Below are positions 1-9,279 of a DNA stretch of 37,364 bases, piece by piece. The stretch comes from Bacteroidota bacterium (lineage in GTDB: Bacteria; Bacteroidota; Bacteroidia; Bacteroidales; CG2-30-32-10). The DNA is taken from contig JAZDMF010000345.1 of NCBI GenBank assembly GCA_043801235.1, positions 1 to 37,364 of the forward strand, in the 5' to 3' direction. Within the stretch, counting starts at the first letter, position 1. Every line of letters starts with the position of its first letter. The position numbers were made by a program, and so were the translations under genes. The notes beneath the pieces are model-generated. The model saw only the letters and a list, made by a program, of their open reading frames with translations. It searched no databases and was not told the origin of the DNA.

Positions 1-1287
1 GGAACAGCATCAGCGGCCATCGTAGGCAATGATGTATGCATCACTTACACACCGAACACCGGCTTCAATGGTATCGACAGTGTATGTGTGGTAGTATGTG
101 ACGGAGCAGGAGCATGTGATTCAGCAGTGCTTGTTATCAACGTGATTCCTGCAAACGATCCGCCGATTGTACCTGACAGCACGGTAACAATACCGGAAGA
201 CAGCACGATCACAGTATGTCTGCCGATCACCGATGTTGACGGACCTACACCATTTACTTTAGGTAGTATTGGATGTTTCACGAATGGAACTGCAACAGCA
301 GCTATTGTAGGCAACGATGTTTGCATCACCTACACTCCGGATGCAGGATTCAGCAGCATAGACAGTGTATGTGTTACTGTTTGTGACGGAGCTGGTTTAT
401 GTGATTCCGCTGTACTTGTGATCAACGTAATACCTGATAATAATAATCCTCCGTTTATCCCTGATACTTCTGTAACAATTAATCAGGACAGCACTATCAC
501 AATTTGTGTTCCATTTACAGATGCAGATGGCGTTGAACCTTACACTGCAACTGTCGGATGTGTTGATAATGGTACGGCAATCGTTGTGGTCAATGGCATG
601 GAAGTATGTGTTACTTACACACCAAATCCTGGATTCACGGGTATGGACACAGCCTGTGTTACAATATGTGACTCAGCAGGCGCTTGTTCAACGGGTGATA
701 TTATAATTACTGTATTGCCGCTTAATAAGCCACCTTTTGTTCCTGACACTGCAATAATCATAAATCAGGATACAACCATTACCATATGCCTGCCAATAAC
801 AGATGAGGATGGAGTTGAGCCTTATTCGGTGACTGTTGGCTGTGCATCAGATGGTATTGCAAGTGCTGAAATTATTGGCATGGAGGTGTGCATCACTTAT
901 ACGCCAAACTTCGGATATAACGGAATGGATTCACTTTGTATAACTGTATGTGATTCTGCCGGAGCCTGTTATACCTCCTGGGTGGTAATAACGATTGAAC
1001 CCATTAAACTGTTTATCCCGAGCGGCTTCTCGCCTGACGGAGACGGTGTAAATGATTATTTTGTGATAACAGATCTTAATCATTATCCAAATAATCATAT
1101 CTGGATATACAACCGATGGGGCAACCTGATCTATGACAAAAAGCCTTATGATAATACCTGGGACGGAAAGAGAAATGTGAACGGTATTACCTATGGTGAA
1201 GATTTACCTGAAGGAACTTATTTCTATCTGCTTGATCTGGGCAACAACACACCGGGCTATCAGGGTTATGTAATTATTAAAAGATAA
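1..1287 (+). CDS. Partial (5'-truncated) T9SS type-B CTD (gliding motility-associated C-terminal domain) surface protein with Cys-rich ~95-aa Ig/cadherin-like repeats
   Basis: Frame is open from base 1 (GTASAAIVGNDVCITYTP...). Repeats read NxPPxVPD...ITVCxPxTDxDG...VCITYTP.xGF.G.DSVCVTVCD. The C-terminus FIPSGFSPDGDGVNDYF...IYNRWGNLIY...WDG...LPEGTYFYLL...GYVIIKR is a typical type-B CTD. Confidence 0.9.
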   Translation, partial: GTASAAIVGNDVCITYTPNTGFNGIDSVCVVVCDGAGACDSAVLVINVIPANDPPIVPDSTVTIPEDSTITVCLPITDVDGPTPFTLGSIGCFTNGTATAAIVGNDVCITYTPDAGFSSIDSVCVTVCDGAGLCDSAVLVINVIPDNNNPPFIPDTSVTINQDSTITICVPFTDADGVEPYTATVGCVDNGTAIVVVNGMEVCVTYTPNPGFTGMDTACVTICDSAGACSTGDIIITVLPLNKPPFVPDTAIIINQDTTITICLPITDEDGVEPYSVTVGCASDGIASAEIIGMEVCITYTPNFGYNGMDSLCITVCDSAGACYTSWVVITIEPIKLFIPSGFSPDGDGVNDYFVITDLNHYPNNHIWIYNRWGNLIYDKKPYDNTWDGKRNVNGITYGEDLPEGTYFYLLDLGNNTPGYQGYVIIKR

Positions 1288-1298
1288 AACATCAGCAT

Positions 1299-2234
1299 AT
1301 GAAAAAGACACTATTAATGACTGTAACACTTCTGGCGGGAATACTTTCCTGCCAGAAGGGCTATTCACAGTACGACCCTATGTTTACAAACTACATGTGG
1401 AACGAGATGTTTATTAATCCGGCCTATGCCGGGAGCAGGGAGGCTGCTTCACTGGTGGCGCTTCACCGCCAGCAATGGGTTGGTATTGATGGCGCACCTG
1501 TTTCTCAAACAATATCATTGCATGGACCCTTTTTTGAAAATAAAGTAGGTCTTGGTTTGAGCATCCTTCATGAGAGCATCGGTGTTTCCAACGAAACTTC
1601 GTATATGGGAACATTTGCCTACCGAATAAAAACCAGCAGGAAAGGAAGGCTTTCATTCGGAATCTCAGGGGGGGTAATTACCTTGCAGGAAAAGCTAACA
1701 GATGTATTAACAACAACACCAGGTGATGTTCATTTTCAGAACAACACACCGGTACTGGCCATGCCGAATGCAAGTTTCGGGATGTATTATTCTACTGATA
1801 AATTTTATCTCGGACTTTCTATTCCGCGAATGATTTACAATGAAGTATTACCTCAAACATGGGATGTGAAGAGTACGCTGAAAACGCAAAATCTTCACTA
1901 TTACCTGACATCAGGATATGTCCTCGACCTTCATAGGGGCATTAAGTTAAAGCCGACAATCATGCTCAAATCAGTATACGCTGCTCCTCTTGAAATGGAT
2001 GCCAGTATAAATATTTTTCTTAGGGATTTTATTTGGGCCGGATTTGCATACAGGACTGGTGATGCAATATCCCTACTTCTTGCGGTACAGTTGAATTCAA
2101 ACCTTCGCCTGGGATATTCTTACGATTACACAACCACCCGGCTGACGAATTATAATTCGGGCACACATGAAATAAGCTTAGGATATGATTTCTCGCTTAG
2201 TAAGAAAAAAATAGTTTCACCACGTGTATTTTAG
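1299..2234 (+). CDS. PorP/SprF family T9SS outer-membrane beta-barrel protein
   Basis: QYDPMFTNYMWNEMFINPAYAG, HRQQWVGIDGAP and GYSYDYTT...NSGTHEISLGY motifs; lies 11 nt after a type-B CTD gene. Confidence 0.93.
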   Translation: MKKTLLMTVTLLAGILSCQKGYSQYDPMFTNYMWNEMFINPAYAGSREAASLVALHRQQWVGIDGAPVSQTISLHGPFFENKVGLGLSILHESIGVSNETSYMGTFAYRIKTSRKGRLSFGISGGVITLQEKLTDVLTTTPGDVHFQNNTPVLAMPNASFGMYYSTDKFYLGLSIPRMIYNEVLPQTWDVKSTLKTQNLHYYLTSGYVLDLHRGIKLKPTIMLKSVYAAPLEMDASINIFLRDFIWAGFAYRTGDAISLLLAVQLNSNLRLGYSYDYTTTRLTNYNSGTHEISLGYDFSLSKKKIVSPRVF

Positions 2235-2249
2235 TTAAATTTTTATTTT

Positions 2250-4241
2250 ATGAATCATTATAAAAAAATCTTTGTACTGCTGATCGCCTTCGCACTTACA
2301 ATTCCTGTATTTGCACAAAAAGCCACACTGAAAAAAGCTAATGAATTATTTGAAAAATTAGCTTATTATGAAGCTGTTCCATATTATTTGAGAGTTCTCC
2401 AGATTGATTCAGCAGACTCGGAAGCTTTGCATAAAATTGCAGAGAGTTATCGCAGGCTGAACGATTATCAGAATACGGAAAAATATTTTTCGAAAGTGGT
2501 TATGCTACAGGATGTGACACCCATCGAAAAATATTATTATGGATTGTCTTTAATGGAAAATAACAAATATAATGAAGCAAAGAAATGGATCAGTTTCTAT
2601 CAAAAACTGGTGCCTGCAGACGAAAGAGGCGAAAATAAACTCACCGGAATAGAAAAGTTAAACTACTTTCTACAGGACAGTACTAGTTATACTATCAGCA
2701 ATTATTTTCATGCAAACGGAGATCATAGCGATTTTGGGCCAATTTATTACAATAAGGGTATTCTTTTTTCATCGAACCGATACCTGCTTGATGAGATGGG
2801 CAATAAGCACAGTTGGACGGGCAAAGATTTTTATAAGGTTTTCTATTTCGATAGTACAAATATGCCGAAACCGGTAAAATTCAGCAGTTCTGTTCAAACA
2901 CGATTCAATGATGGTCCGGTATCTTTTGATATAAAGAACAATTTGCTTTATGTGACCCGTAACCAGGTTGAGGATGGCAAAGCAGTCAAAGCTTCGGATG
3001 ACCAGATAAAGCTTCAGATATATGCTTACAAATACGATGATGCAAAGAAAGAATGGTCGGATGAAATAATCTTCAGCAATAATAACAAGGATTATAATGT
3101 AGCACATCCTTCCGTAACCCCTGATGGCAGTACTTTGATTTTTTCTTCCGATATACCCGGTGGATACGGTGGAATGGATCTGTATTTATGTAAAAAAGAA
3201 GATGAAATATGGGGGGCTCCGGTTAATCTTGGGATTACCATAAACACAAAGGGAAATGAAGTTTTTCCTTTTGTTAATGCAGACAACCTGCTTATTTTTT
3301 CATCGAATGGATTAGAGGGGCTTGGCGGTCTTGACATATATTATACCTTCCTGAAAGATGGAAAGGTGACAACTATTGAGCATTTCGGCTACCCTGTAAA
3401 TTCACAGCTGGATGATTTCAGCATGGTGCTGAACGATGATTATACCAATGCGTTTTTTTCATCAAATCGCATAGGAGGCAAAGGAGATGATGATATCTAT
3501 AATCTAATCATCTTTAAAAAACTCAAACCGGAAAATCCTGTGTTCAACCTGGCTTTGAATGGAATTGTTAAAGATAAAAAGACCCTTGAACTTCTGAATA
3601 ATGTTAAAGTAGTTATTACTGATGAAAAAGCTATCACCTATACCGGATTTTCATTACCCACAGGAACTTTCAAAGTGCCTGTTAAAGTAAGGCTTAACGA
3701 TACTATTATTTTAACTCTTATGCTGGAAAAAAAAGGCTACCTGAGGGAAGAATTAAAATACACCTATTTAGTTATAGATTCCAATAATGTGGATCTCAAT
3801 AAATCCTTAGAATTACTTATGACTCCTCTTGAAGCAGTTATCGCTACAGATCTGATAGGAGAAGATTTAATGAAAAATTTTATTATTAATCCAATCTACT
3901 TCGATTTCGACAAGTACAATATCAGGGCTGACGCTGCTTCCGAGCTTGATAAAATAGTTGCCATCATGAATGAATACCCTAAAATGGTTATTGATATTGC
4001 CTCACACACCGATTGCCGCGGATCATATGATTATAATATAGCACTTTCTGATAACCGTTGCAAATCCACTATTGAATATATTGTTGCAAAAGGCATAAGC
4101 AAGGACAGGCTTACGGGCAAAGGCTATGGCGAAACAAAACTCGTTAATGACTGTGCTTGTGAAGGCGGCCAGGCTTCAAGCTGCACACCGGCCATGCATC
4201 AACTGAACAGGCGGTCAGAGTTTATTGTTGTGAAGATGTAA
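2250..4241 (+). CDS. PorE-like OmpA family protein (TPR + PD40/WD40-like propeller + carboxypeptidase-regulatory-like + OmpA_C)
   Basis: N-terminal TPR, PD40 motifs (FSSDIPGGYGGMDLY, FSSNGLEGLGGLDIY, FSSNRIGGKGDDDIY) and OmpA_C (IYFDFDKYNIR, SHTDCRGSYDYNIALS, GYGET, NRRSEF). Confidence 0.92.
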   Translation: MNHYKKIFVLLIAFALTIPVFAQKATLKKANELFEKLAYYEAVPYYLRVLQIDSADSEALHKIAESYRRLNDYQNTEKYFSKVVMLQDVTPIEKYYYGLSLMENNKYNEAKKWISFYQKLVPADERGENKLTGIEKLNYFLQDSTSYTISNYFHANGDHSDFGPIYYNKGILFSSNRYLLDEMGNKHSWTGKDFYKVFYFDSTNMPKPVKFSSSVQTRFNDGPVSFDIKNNLLYVTRNQVEDGKAVKASDDQIKLQIYAYKYDDAKKEWSDEIIFSNNNKDYNVAHPSVTPDGSTLIFSSDIPGGYGGMDLYLCKKEDEIWGAPVNLGITINTKGNEVFPFVNADNLLIFSSNGLEGLGGLDIYYTFLKDGKVTTIEHFGYPVNSQLDDFSMVLNDDYTNAFFSSNRIGGKGDDDIYNLIIFKKLKPENPVFNLALNGIVKDKKTLELLNNVKVVITDEKAITYTGFSLPTGTFKVPVKVRLNDTIILTLMLEKKGYLREELKYTYLVIDSNNVDLNKSLELLMTPLEAVIATDLIGEDLMKNFIINPIYFDFDKYNIRADAASELDKIVAIMNEYPKMVIDIASHTDCRGSYDYNIALSDNRCKSTIEYIVAKGISKDRLTGKGYGETKLVNDCACEGGQASSCTPAMHQLNRRSEFIVVKM

Positions 4242-4279
4242 TTTATTAGGATTTATCCGAAGTGCTTTCGGAATCAATC

Positions 4280-4320
4280 ACCCATTTGCTGTTGCGAAAA
4301 TCAGTAAGTGGGTTTTTATA
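4280..4320 (+). terminator. Rho-independent terminator after the first T9SS triad
   Basis: ACCCATTTGCTG (4280-4291) pairs with CAGTAAGTGGGT (4302-4313) using two G-U pairs, followed by TTTTATA. Confidence 0.7.
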
Positions 4321-4458
4321 TTAATCTGGAATCATCCTAAAATGATAAAGAGCAATAATTTTTTATTAATGGATCAAATAAATACTTAATTTTAAGCAAC
4401 CATTTAAACCCAATTTGAGTCTTTAAATAAAATCATTTCATTAATTAATACGAATCCT

Positions 4459-7400
4459 ATGAAAAAATTTCTCATTTCAGGAGTAATGCTCATTGCTTTT
4501 TTTCAGACTTCCTTTTCCGATAATTTAACATTCACATTCAATTTCGATGATCCCGTTCTTAAAAAGAACAACAAAGGCTACACCGAAATTAAATTCACAG
4601 GATGCTGGAATTATGGTAAAGAAGGCAGCCCGTCAATGCCATTGTACGGAGCAAAAATTCTGTTGCCTCAAAACCAGGAAATCAGCAGCATCAAAATTAT
4701 TTATACAAGTTATTCTTCATTTACATCAGGTGTTGTTATCCAGCCTGCTGGCAAGATGGTGCCTATTTCAAAACCTGATAAAAATTATATGGTGATACCT
4801 GATGCCGATATTTATAAATTGAAAAAACCTTATCCGGAAAATATTATAAGTAAAGGGAACACCCAATTCCTCTCGGGTCACTCTATAGGATTATTCACAA
4901 TATGCCCTGTGATATATCTTCCTGCCGACAGCATGGTAAAATTTTTAACTGAAATTAAAATTGAAATTGAAACAAAAACTACTGTTGAAGCAATACAGGC
5001 TTCAAAATTCCTGAGAAATTCGAATGCTGTTGAGAAACGTATCAATAAGATTGTTTACAACCCTGAAGATATTTCTAACTATAGTTACCAAAAAGTGATC
5101 CTGGGCGAATACGATTTGCTTCTCATCTCTAATAATGCTTTATTACCTGAGTTTGATGAATATGTTGAATTTAAAACCTCAACAGGTTACTCAATTAAAA
5201 CAATATCCGTCGAAGACATATACACTCTGTACCCGGGTGCCGATAACCAGGAAAAGATCAGGAACTGCATTATTGATTATTACCAGAACAAAGGAATTTA
5301 TTATGTGATTCTCGGTGGCGATGCCGATCCCAACAATCCTGCAGATAACATCATTCCCCACCGCGGATTGACAATTGCTGATGCATACGGTTACAGTGAA
5401 TATGATATGCCTTCCGATGAATATTATTCATGCCTTGACGGAAACTGGAATAATAACGGAAATATATATTGGGGCGAAGTAGGTGAATTCGACCTTCTTG
5501 CTGAAGTGAGCATTGGACGAATTTGCGTTGATAACAGTACGGAAATTTTAAATCAGACAAATAAACTTTTTATGTACCAGGATGAACCTGTAATTGCTGA
5601 CATTGAAAAGACACTCATGGTTGGAGAAGAACTTGGATGGACGATGACAGGCAGCGATTTTATGCATGAAATTGAAACCGGAAGCTCAAATAATGGTTAT
5701 ACCACTGTTGGGATTGCGGCAAACCAAACTATCAATACATTATATGAAACAGCAAGCTATTCAATTGCACCTGCCGAAATTTACAACCAGTTCAATAATA
5801 TTGGTGCAAACCTGATCAATCACCTTGGACATGCTTATACCGATTACAGCATGAAATTTTACAATGCAGATGTTACTACTGCAAATTTTCAAAATAATGG
5901 TATAACAAGAGGGTTTCCGATAGTCTATACCCAAGGCTGCTATTCCGGTGCATTCGATAACAGGGATGATGTAGGTTCATATTATACAGATGATTGCATT
6001 GCTGAAAACCTGTCTGTCCTTCCCACTTCAGTAGTCGCAACCATACAGAACTCACGTTATGGCTGGGGCGATGTTGATGGCACTGATGGTCCTTCACAAC
6101 GGTTACACAGACAGTTTGTCGATGCAATTTTTGGTGAAAATATTACCCAGATCGGAGACGTCAACAGAGATTCGAAGGATGATAATATTGTTTACAGCGA
6201 TACAAATTCTGTTGTAAGATGGTGCGATTATGAAGCCACATTATTTGGTGATCCCACTATGGATATATGGACCGCAGTACCTACTCCAATTGCTGCCAGT
6301 TATCCATCGACAGTAATTTTTGGAGCTTCTGATATTACATTCCAGACTGACGCTCCCAATGCAAGAATAGGACTTATGCAGGACGGTATTTTGATAGGAA
6401 GGGCAATAACCGATATTAACGGAGATGCTATTGTGACACTGATCTCAAATATCTCCTCAGTCGATACGATTTTTGTTTCCATAATTGCCCACAACAGAAC
6501 GCGTCATAAAGACTTTATGACTGTGGCATCACCTACTGGGCCTTATGTGGTAAAAGATGCTTTTATAATTAACGATGCTGTTTCCGGTAATAATAACGGA
6601 GTGGCTGATTACGGGGAAAACATCACCCTCTCTGTTACCATGAAAAATATTGGCATTGCTTTAGCCCAAAGTGTCAATGTTTTTCTAAGCACAACCGACT
6701 ACTATGTTACGATTACTGACAGCATTGAATTTTACGGTGATATTTTACCAGATAGTATGGCTGTTGTCACCGATGGCTATGCATTTACAGTTGATGATTC
6801 TATTCCTGACAACCATAATGTGCTTTTCAAAGTCAGAGCTACCGATGGTGATTCAAACTGGCTGGGAAGTTTTATGATCAGCCTGAAAGCTCCTGTTCTG
6901 CATGCCGGGGTAATGACAATTTCCGATCCCGCCGGAAACGACAATGGCCGCCTTGATCCTGGCGAAACAGTGGATCTGATTATTTCTGCAAATAATTCCG
7001 GCCACAGCGATGCATTGAATACTATTGGTGCTCTTGCTTCTTCCAGTCCTTATATTACAATTAATAATGCAAGCTGTAACATGAATACTCTTGCTTCCAT
7101 GTCGGCTGCAAATGCGACATTTAATATTACTGTATCGCCTGCTACTCCTCTTGCATCAATCGTTGATTTTAATTTCACCGTAACATCAGGATATTATTCA
7201 GCCCAGAAAACATTTGTCAAAACGGTTGGGCTTGTTGTGGAAGACTGGGAAACCGGCAATTTCACAAATATGACATGGAACACATCGGGCAACGCACCCT
7301 GGATTATTACCAGTGTGAATCCATACGATGGAATTTATTCTGCCAAATCAGGTACCATTACCGATTATCAGGAATCGGTGCTTGAACTAACAGATTACAA

Positions 7401-8349
7401 TGTTCCTGCTAACGATAGTGTTTCGTTCTACAGGAAAGTTTCTTCCGAAGCAGGATGGGACTACCTCCAGTTTTTTATTGACAATTCAATAATGGGGCAA
7501 TGGTCTGGTGAACAAAACTGGTTGAGAGTGGCCTATCCTCTGACTGAAGGTACGCACACATTGAAATGGATTTACATGAAGGATATGTCGGTATCAGAAG
7601 GAAGCGACTGTGCATGGATCGATGATATTATGCTTCCTCCCTTCACTTTCTGCAGCCCTACTTCGGGATGCAATTATGGCGACATGATTACACAATTCAT
7701 TCTTAATGATCTTAATCATAATGATACCATAGGATGTGTCGGAGATGGCTACAGCGATCATACGAACCGGATTGCAACACTGGCGCTAGATAACAAATAT
7801 GAAGTTCAGGCAGCTGTTGGATATGCCAACGAAATGCTTTCCCTATGGATTGATTTTAACAACAATAATATTTTTGGTCTTTCCGAATTGCTGCTGACCG
7901 ATATGAACATCACTGCGGCTAATGTTCTTACAAGCGATTCCATTGAAATACCTGCAGGGGCTAATACCGGATATCATCGCATGAGGGTGAGGATACACAG
8001 GATTAACACAAGTACCGACCCATGTGTGGCTTTCGATTATGGCGAAACGCATGATTACCTTGTAAACATAATCGATAATGCAGGAATAAATGAACCGGCC
8101 TCAGATAACCAGGTAAGTATTTTTCCAAATCCTTCTGAAGGTACCGTAAACATAATGTGTTCAGATGTAAAAGAGAACCCGATAATCAGGCTGTGCAATA
8201 TTCAGGGGCAGGTACTTTATGAGGATATTGGCAACTGGCCTTCATCGGGAATAAAGCAAATGGATATTTCCAAACTTGCAAAAGGAGTGTATTACCTGGA
8301 AATTATAAATAATGAATTCCGTAATTCATACAAGGTGATAAAAATTTAA
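4459..8349 (+). CDS. Gingipain-like peptidase family C25 protein with propeptide, Ig-like domains, GEVED domain and T9SS type-A CTD
   Basis: Signal peptide; YVILGGD, PSDEYYSCLDG and EVSIGRI motifs; catalytic His (NHLGHA) and Cys (TQGCYSGAFD); LFGDPTM; GEVED-like WIDFNNN...MRVR...GETHDY; CTD IFPNPS...KGVYYLEI...YKVIKI. Confidence 0.9.
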   Translation: MKKFLISGVMLIAFFQTSFSDNLTFTFNFDDPVLKKNNKGYTEIKFTGCWNYGKEGSPSMPLYGAKILLPQNQEISSIKIIYTSYSSFTSGVVIQPAGKMVPISKPDKNYMVIPDADIYKLKKPYPENIISKGNTQFLSGHSIGLFTICPVIYLPADSMVKFLTEIKIEIETKTTVEAIQASKFLRNSNAVEKRINKIVYNPEDISNYSYQKVILGEYDLLLISNNALLPEFDEYVEFKTSTGYSIKTISVEDIYTLYPGADNQEKIRNCIIDYYQNKGIYYVILGGDADPNNPADNIIPHRGLTIADAYGYSEYDMPSDEYYSCLDGNWNNNGNIYWGEVGEFDLLAEVSIGRICVDNSTEILNQTNKLFMYQDEPVIADIEKTLMVGEELGWTMTGSDFMHEIETGSSNNGYTTVGIAANQTINTLYETASYSIAPAEIYNQFNNIGANLINHLGHAYTDYSMKFYNADVTTANFQNNGITRGFPIVYTQGCYSGAFDNRDDVGSYYTDDCIAENLSVLPTSVVATIQNSRYGWGDVDGTDGPSQRLHRQFVDAIFGENITQIGDVNRDSKDDNIVYSDTNSVVRWCDYEATLFGDPTMDIWTAVPTPIAASYPSTVIFGASDITFQTDAPNARIGLMQDGILIGRAITDINGDAIVTLISNISSVDTIFVSIIAHNRTRHKDFMTVASPTGPYVVKDAFIINDAVSGNNNGVADYGENITLSVTMKNIGIALAQSVNVFLSTTDYYVTITDSIEFYGDILPDSMAVVTDGYAFTVDDSIPDNHNVLFKVRATDGDSNWLGSFMISLKAPVLHAGVMTISDPAGNDNGRLDPGETVDLIISANNSGHSDALNTIGALASSSPYITINNASCNMNTLASMSAANATFNITVSPATPLASIVDFNFTVTSGYYSAQKTFVKTVGLVVEDWETGNFTNMTWNTSGNAPWIITSVNPYDGIYSAKSGTITDYQESVLELTDYNVPANDSVSFYRKVSSEAGWDYLQFFIDNSIMGQWSGEQNWLRVAYPLTEGTHTLKWIYMKDMSVSEGSDCAWIDDIMLPPFTFCSPTSGCNYGDMITQFILNDLNHNDTIGCVGDGYSDHTNRIATLALDNKYEVQAAVGYANEMLSLWIDFNNNNIFGLSELLLTDMNITAANVLTSDSIEIPAGANTGYHRMRVRIHRINTSTDPCVAFDYGETHDYLVNIIDNAGINEPASDNQVSIFPNPSEGTVNIMCSDVKENPIIRLCNIQGQVLYEDIGNWPSSGIKQMDISKLAKGVYYLEIINNEFRNSYKVIKI

Positions 8350-8388
8350 GATCAGATCACTATACTTTCTTTGATTTATTTTCAACAG

Positions 8389-8421
8389 AATAGCTGCAGC
8401 GTAACTGCGGCTATTTTTTTT
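8389..8421 (+). terminator. Rho-independent terminator after the C25 peptidase gene
   Basis: AATAGCTGCAG-cgtaa-CTGCGGCTATT stem (one G-U) running into a T-tract. Confidence 0.85.
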
Positions 8422-8537
8422 ATCAATTATTATATGGGAGCTACATCGAATTTCATCTGAATCAGATATATATTCCATATAATACAGAAAGAAGAAAGTT
8501 AATAATCTATGTATTTTAAGTAGTTTACCTGATTTAA

Positions 8538-8586
8538 AATACCTTAATCAAGGTATTGCGCACTTTTTTTTTAGGAACGACATTTG
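8538..8586 (+). promoter_or_regulatory. Palindromic operator (AATACCTT-aatc-AAGGTATT) abutting a putative Bacteroidota -33/-7 promoter
   Basis: Perfect 8-bp inverted repeat at 8538-8557; TTG at 8556-8558 and GACATTTG at 8579-8586 (one mismatch to TAnnTTTG); related box at 12391. Confidence 0.55.
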
Positions 8587-8624
8587 TAATGTTCTTTAGA
8601 AACTTAAAACTATAAGGAATCATC

Positions 8625-9083
8625 ATGAAAACAAAAACCAGATTTTTTCTCGTTCCGCTTATTTTTAACCTGCTCATAAATATAAATTTTGCTTATACTC
8701 AGGCAGACCCTTTTGATTCGGTTGCAGCGAACAATGAAGCAAAAGATGCCGGTATTAAAAATTTCACAGCTAAGTATTTTGAAAAAAATGTATACCTGAA
8801 AGTAATCATCAATGGGCTTAATAAAACTTCGGTATTTAAAGTCGAGCGGTCGCTTGACGGAGAGTTTTTTGAAGATATCGGATCATTTTTGCATTACGGA
8901 ACTGATGTCAACATTGATATTTTAAATTGCTATACGGATAACTGCCCTTATAATCTGATAACATTTTACAGAGTGGTCAGGTATGATACCATGGGTAATA
9001 AACTGACAAGTGAAACGGTGTGTGTTTTTCCTGACGATTCTGATGAAATCATAACACAGCAGGAATTAACGGAACGTAAATAA
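8625..9083 (+). CDS. Small exported hypothetical protein consisting of a stand-alone FN3-like (pre-CTD type) domain
   Basis: Signal peptide, then NFTA...FKVERSLDGEFFEDIG...CYTD...FYRVVRYDTMG, matching the pre-CTD domain of 31175..33394; no CTD. Confidence 0.75.
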   Translation: MKTKTRFFLVPLIFNLLININFAYTQADPFDSVAANNEAKDAGIKNFTAKYFEKNVYLKVIINGLNKTSVFKVERSLDGEFFEDIGSFLHYGTDVNIDILNCYTDNCPYNLITFYRVVRYDTMGNKLTSETVCVFPDDSDEIITQQELTERK

Positions 9084-9225
9084 GGTATATTTGAAGTTTA
9101 TTTCAGGTTTATTGTACCGGATAGACAGGAACAATACGTGCCACCGCAACATTGAATCAGTTTACATTACTTTATCAACATTATGGAAAATCTTCATAAA
9201 ATATACATTTTTCTAACAGTCTGCG

Positions 9226-9233
9226 TATATTTG
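9226..9233 (+). promoter_or_regulatory. Putative Bacteroidota sigma-A -7 element upstream of the sensor kinase
   Basis: TATATTTG matches TAnnTTTG about 45 nt before the start codon. Confidence 0.45.
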
Positions 9234-9279
9234 TTTCAATTTCGGATGGTTTGAATATCCGGAATATTCAGTGGTCATT

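Noticed and set aside
1299-1370. Lipobox-like GILSC in the first PorP
   Set aside because: PorP/SprF proteins are beta-barrels and the family-typical mature start (SQ-YDP) follows shortly after, favouring signal peptidase I cleavage.
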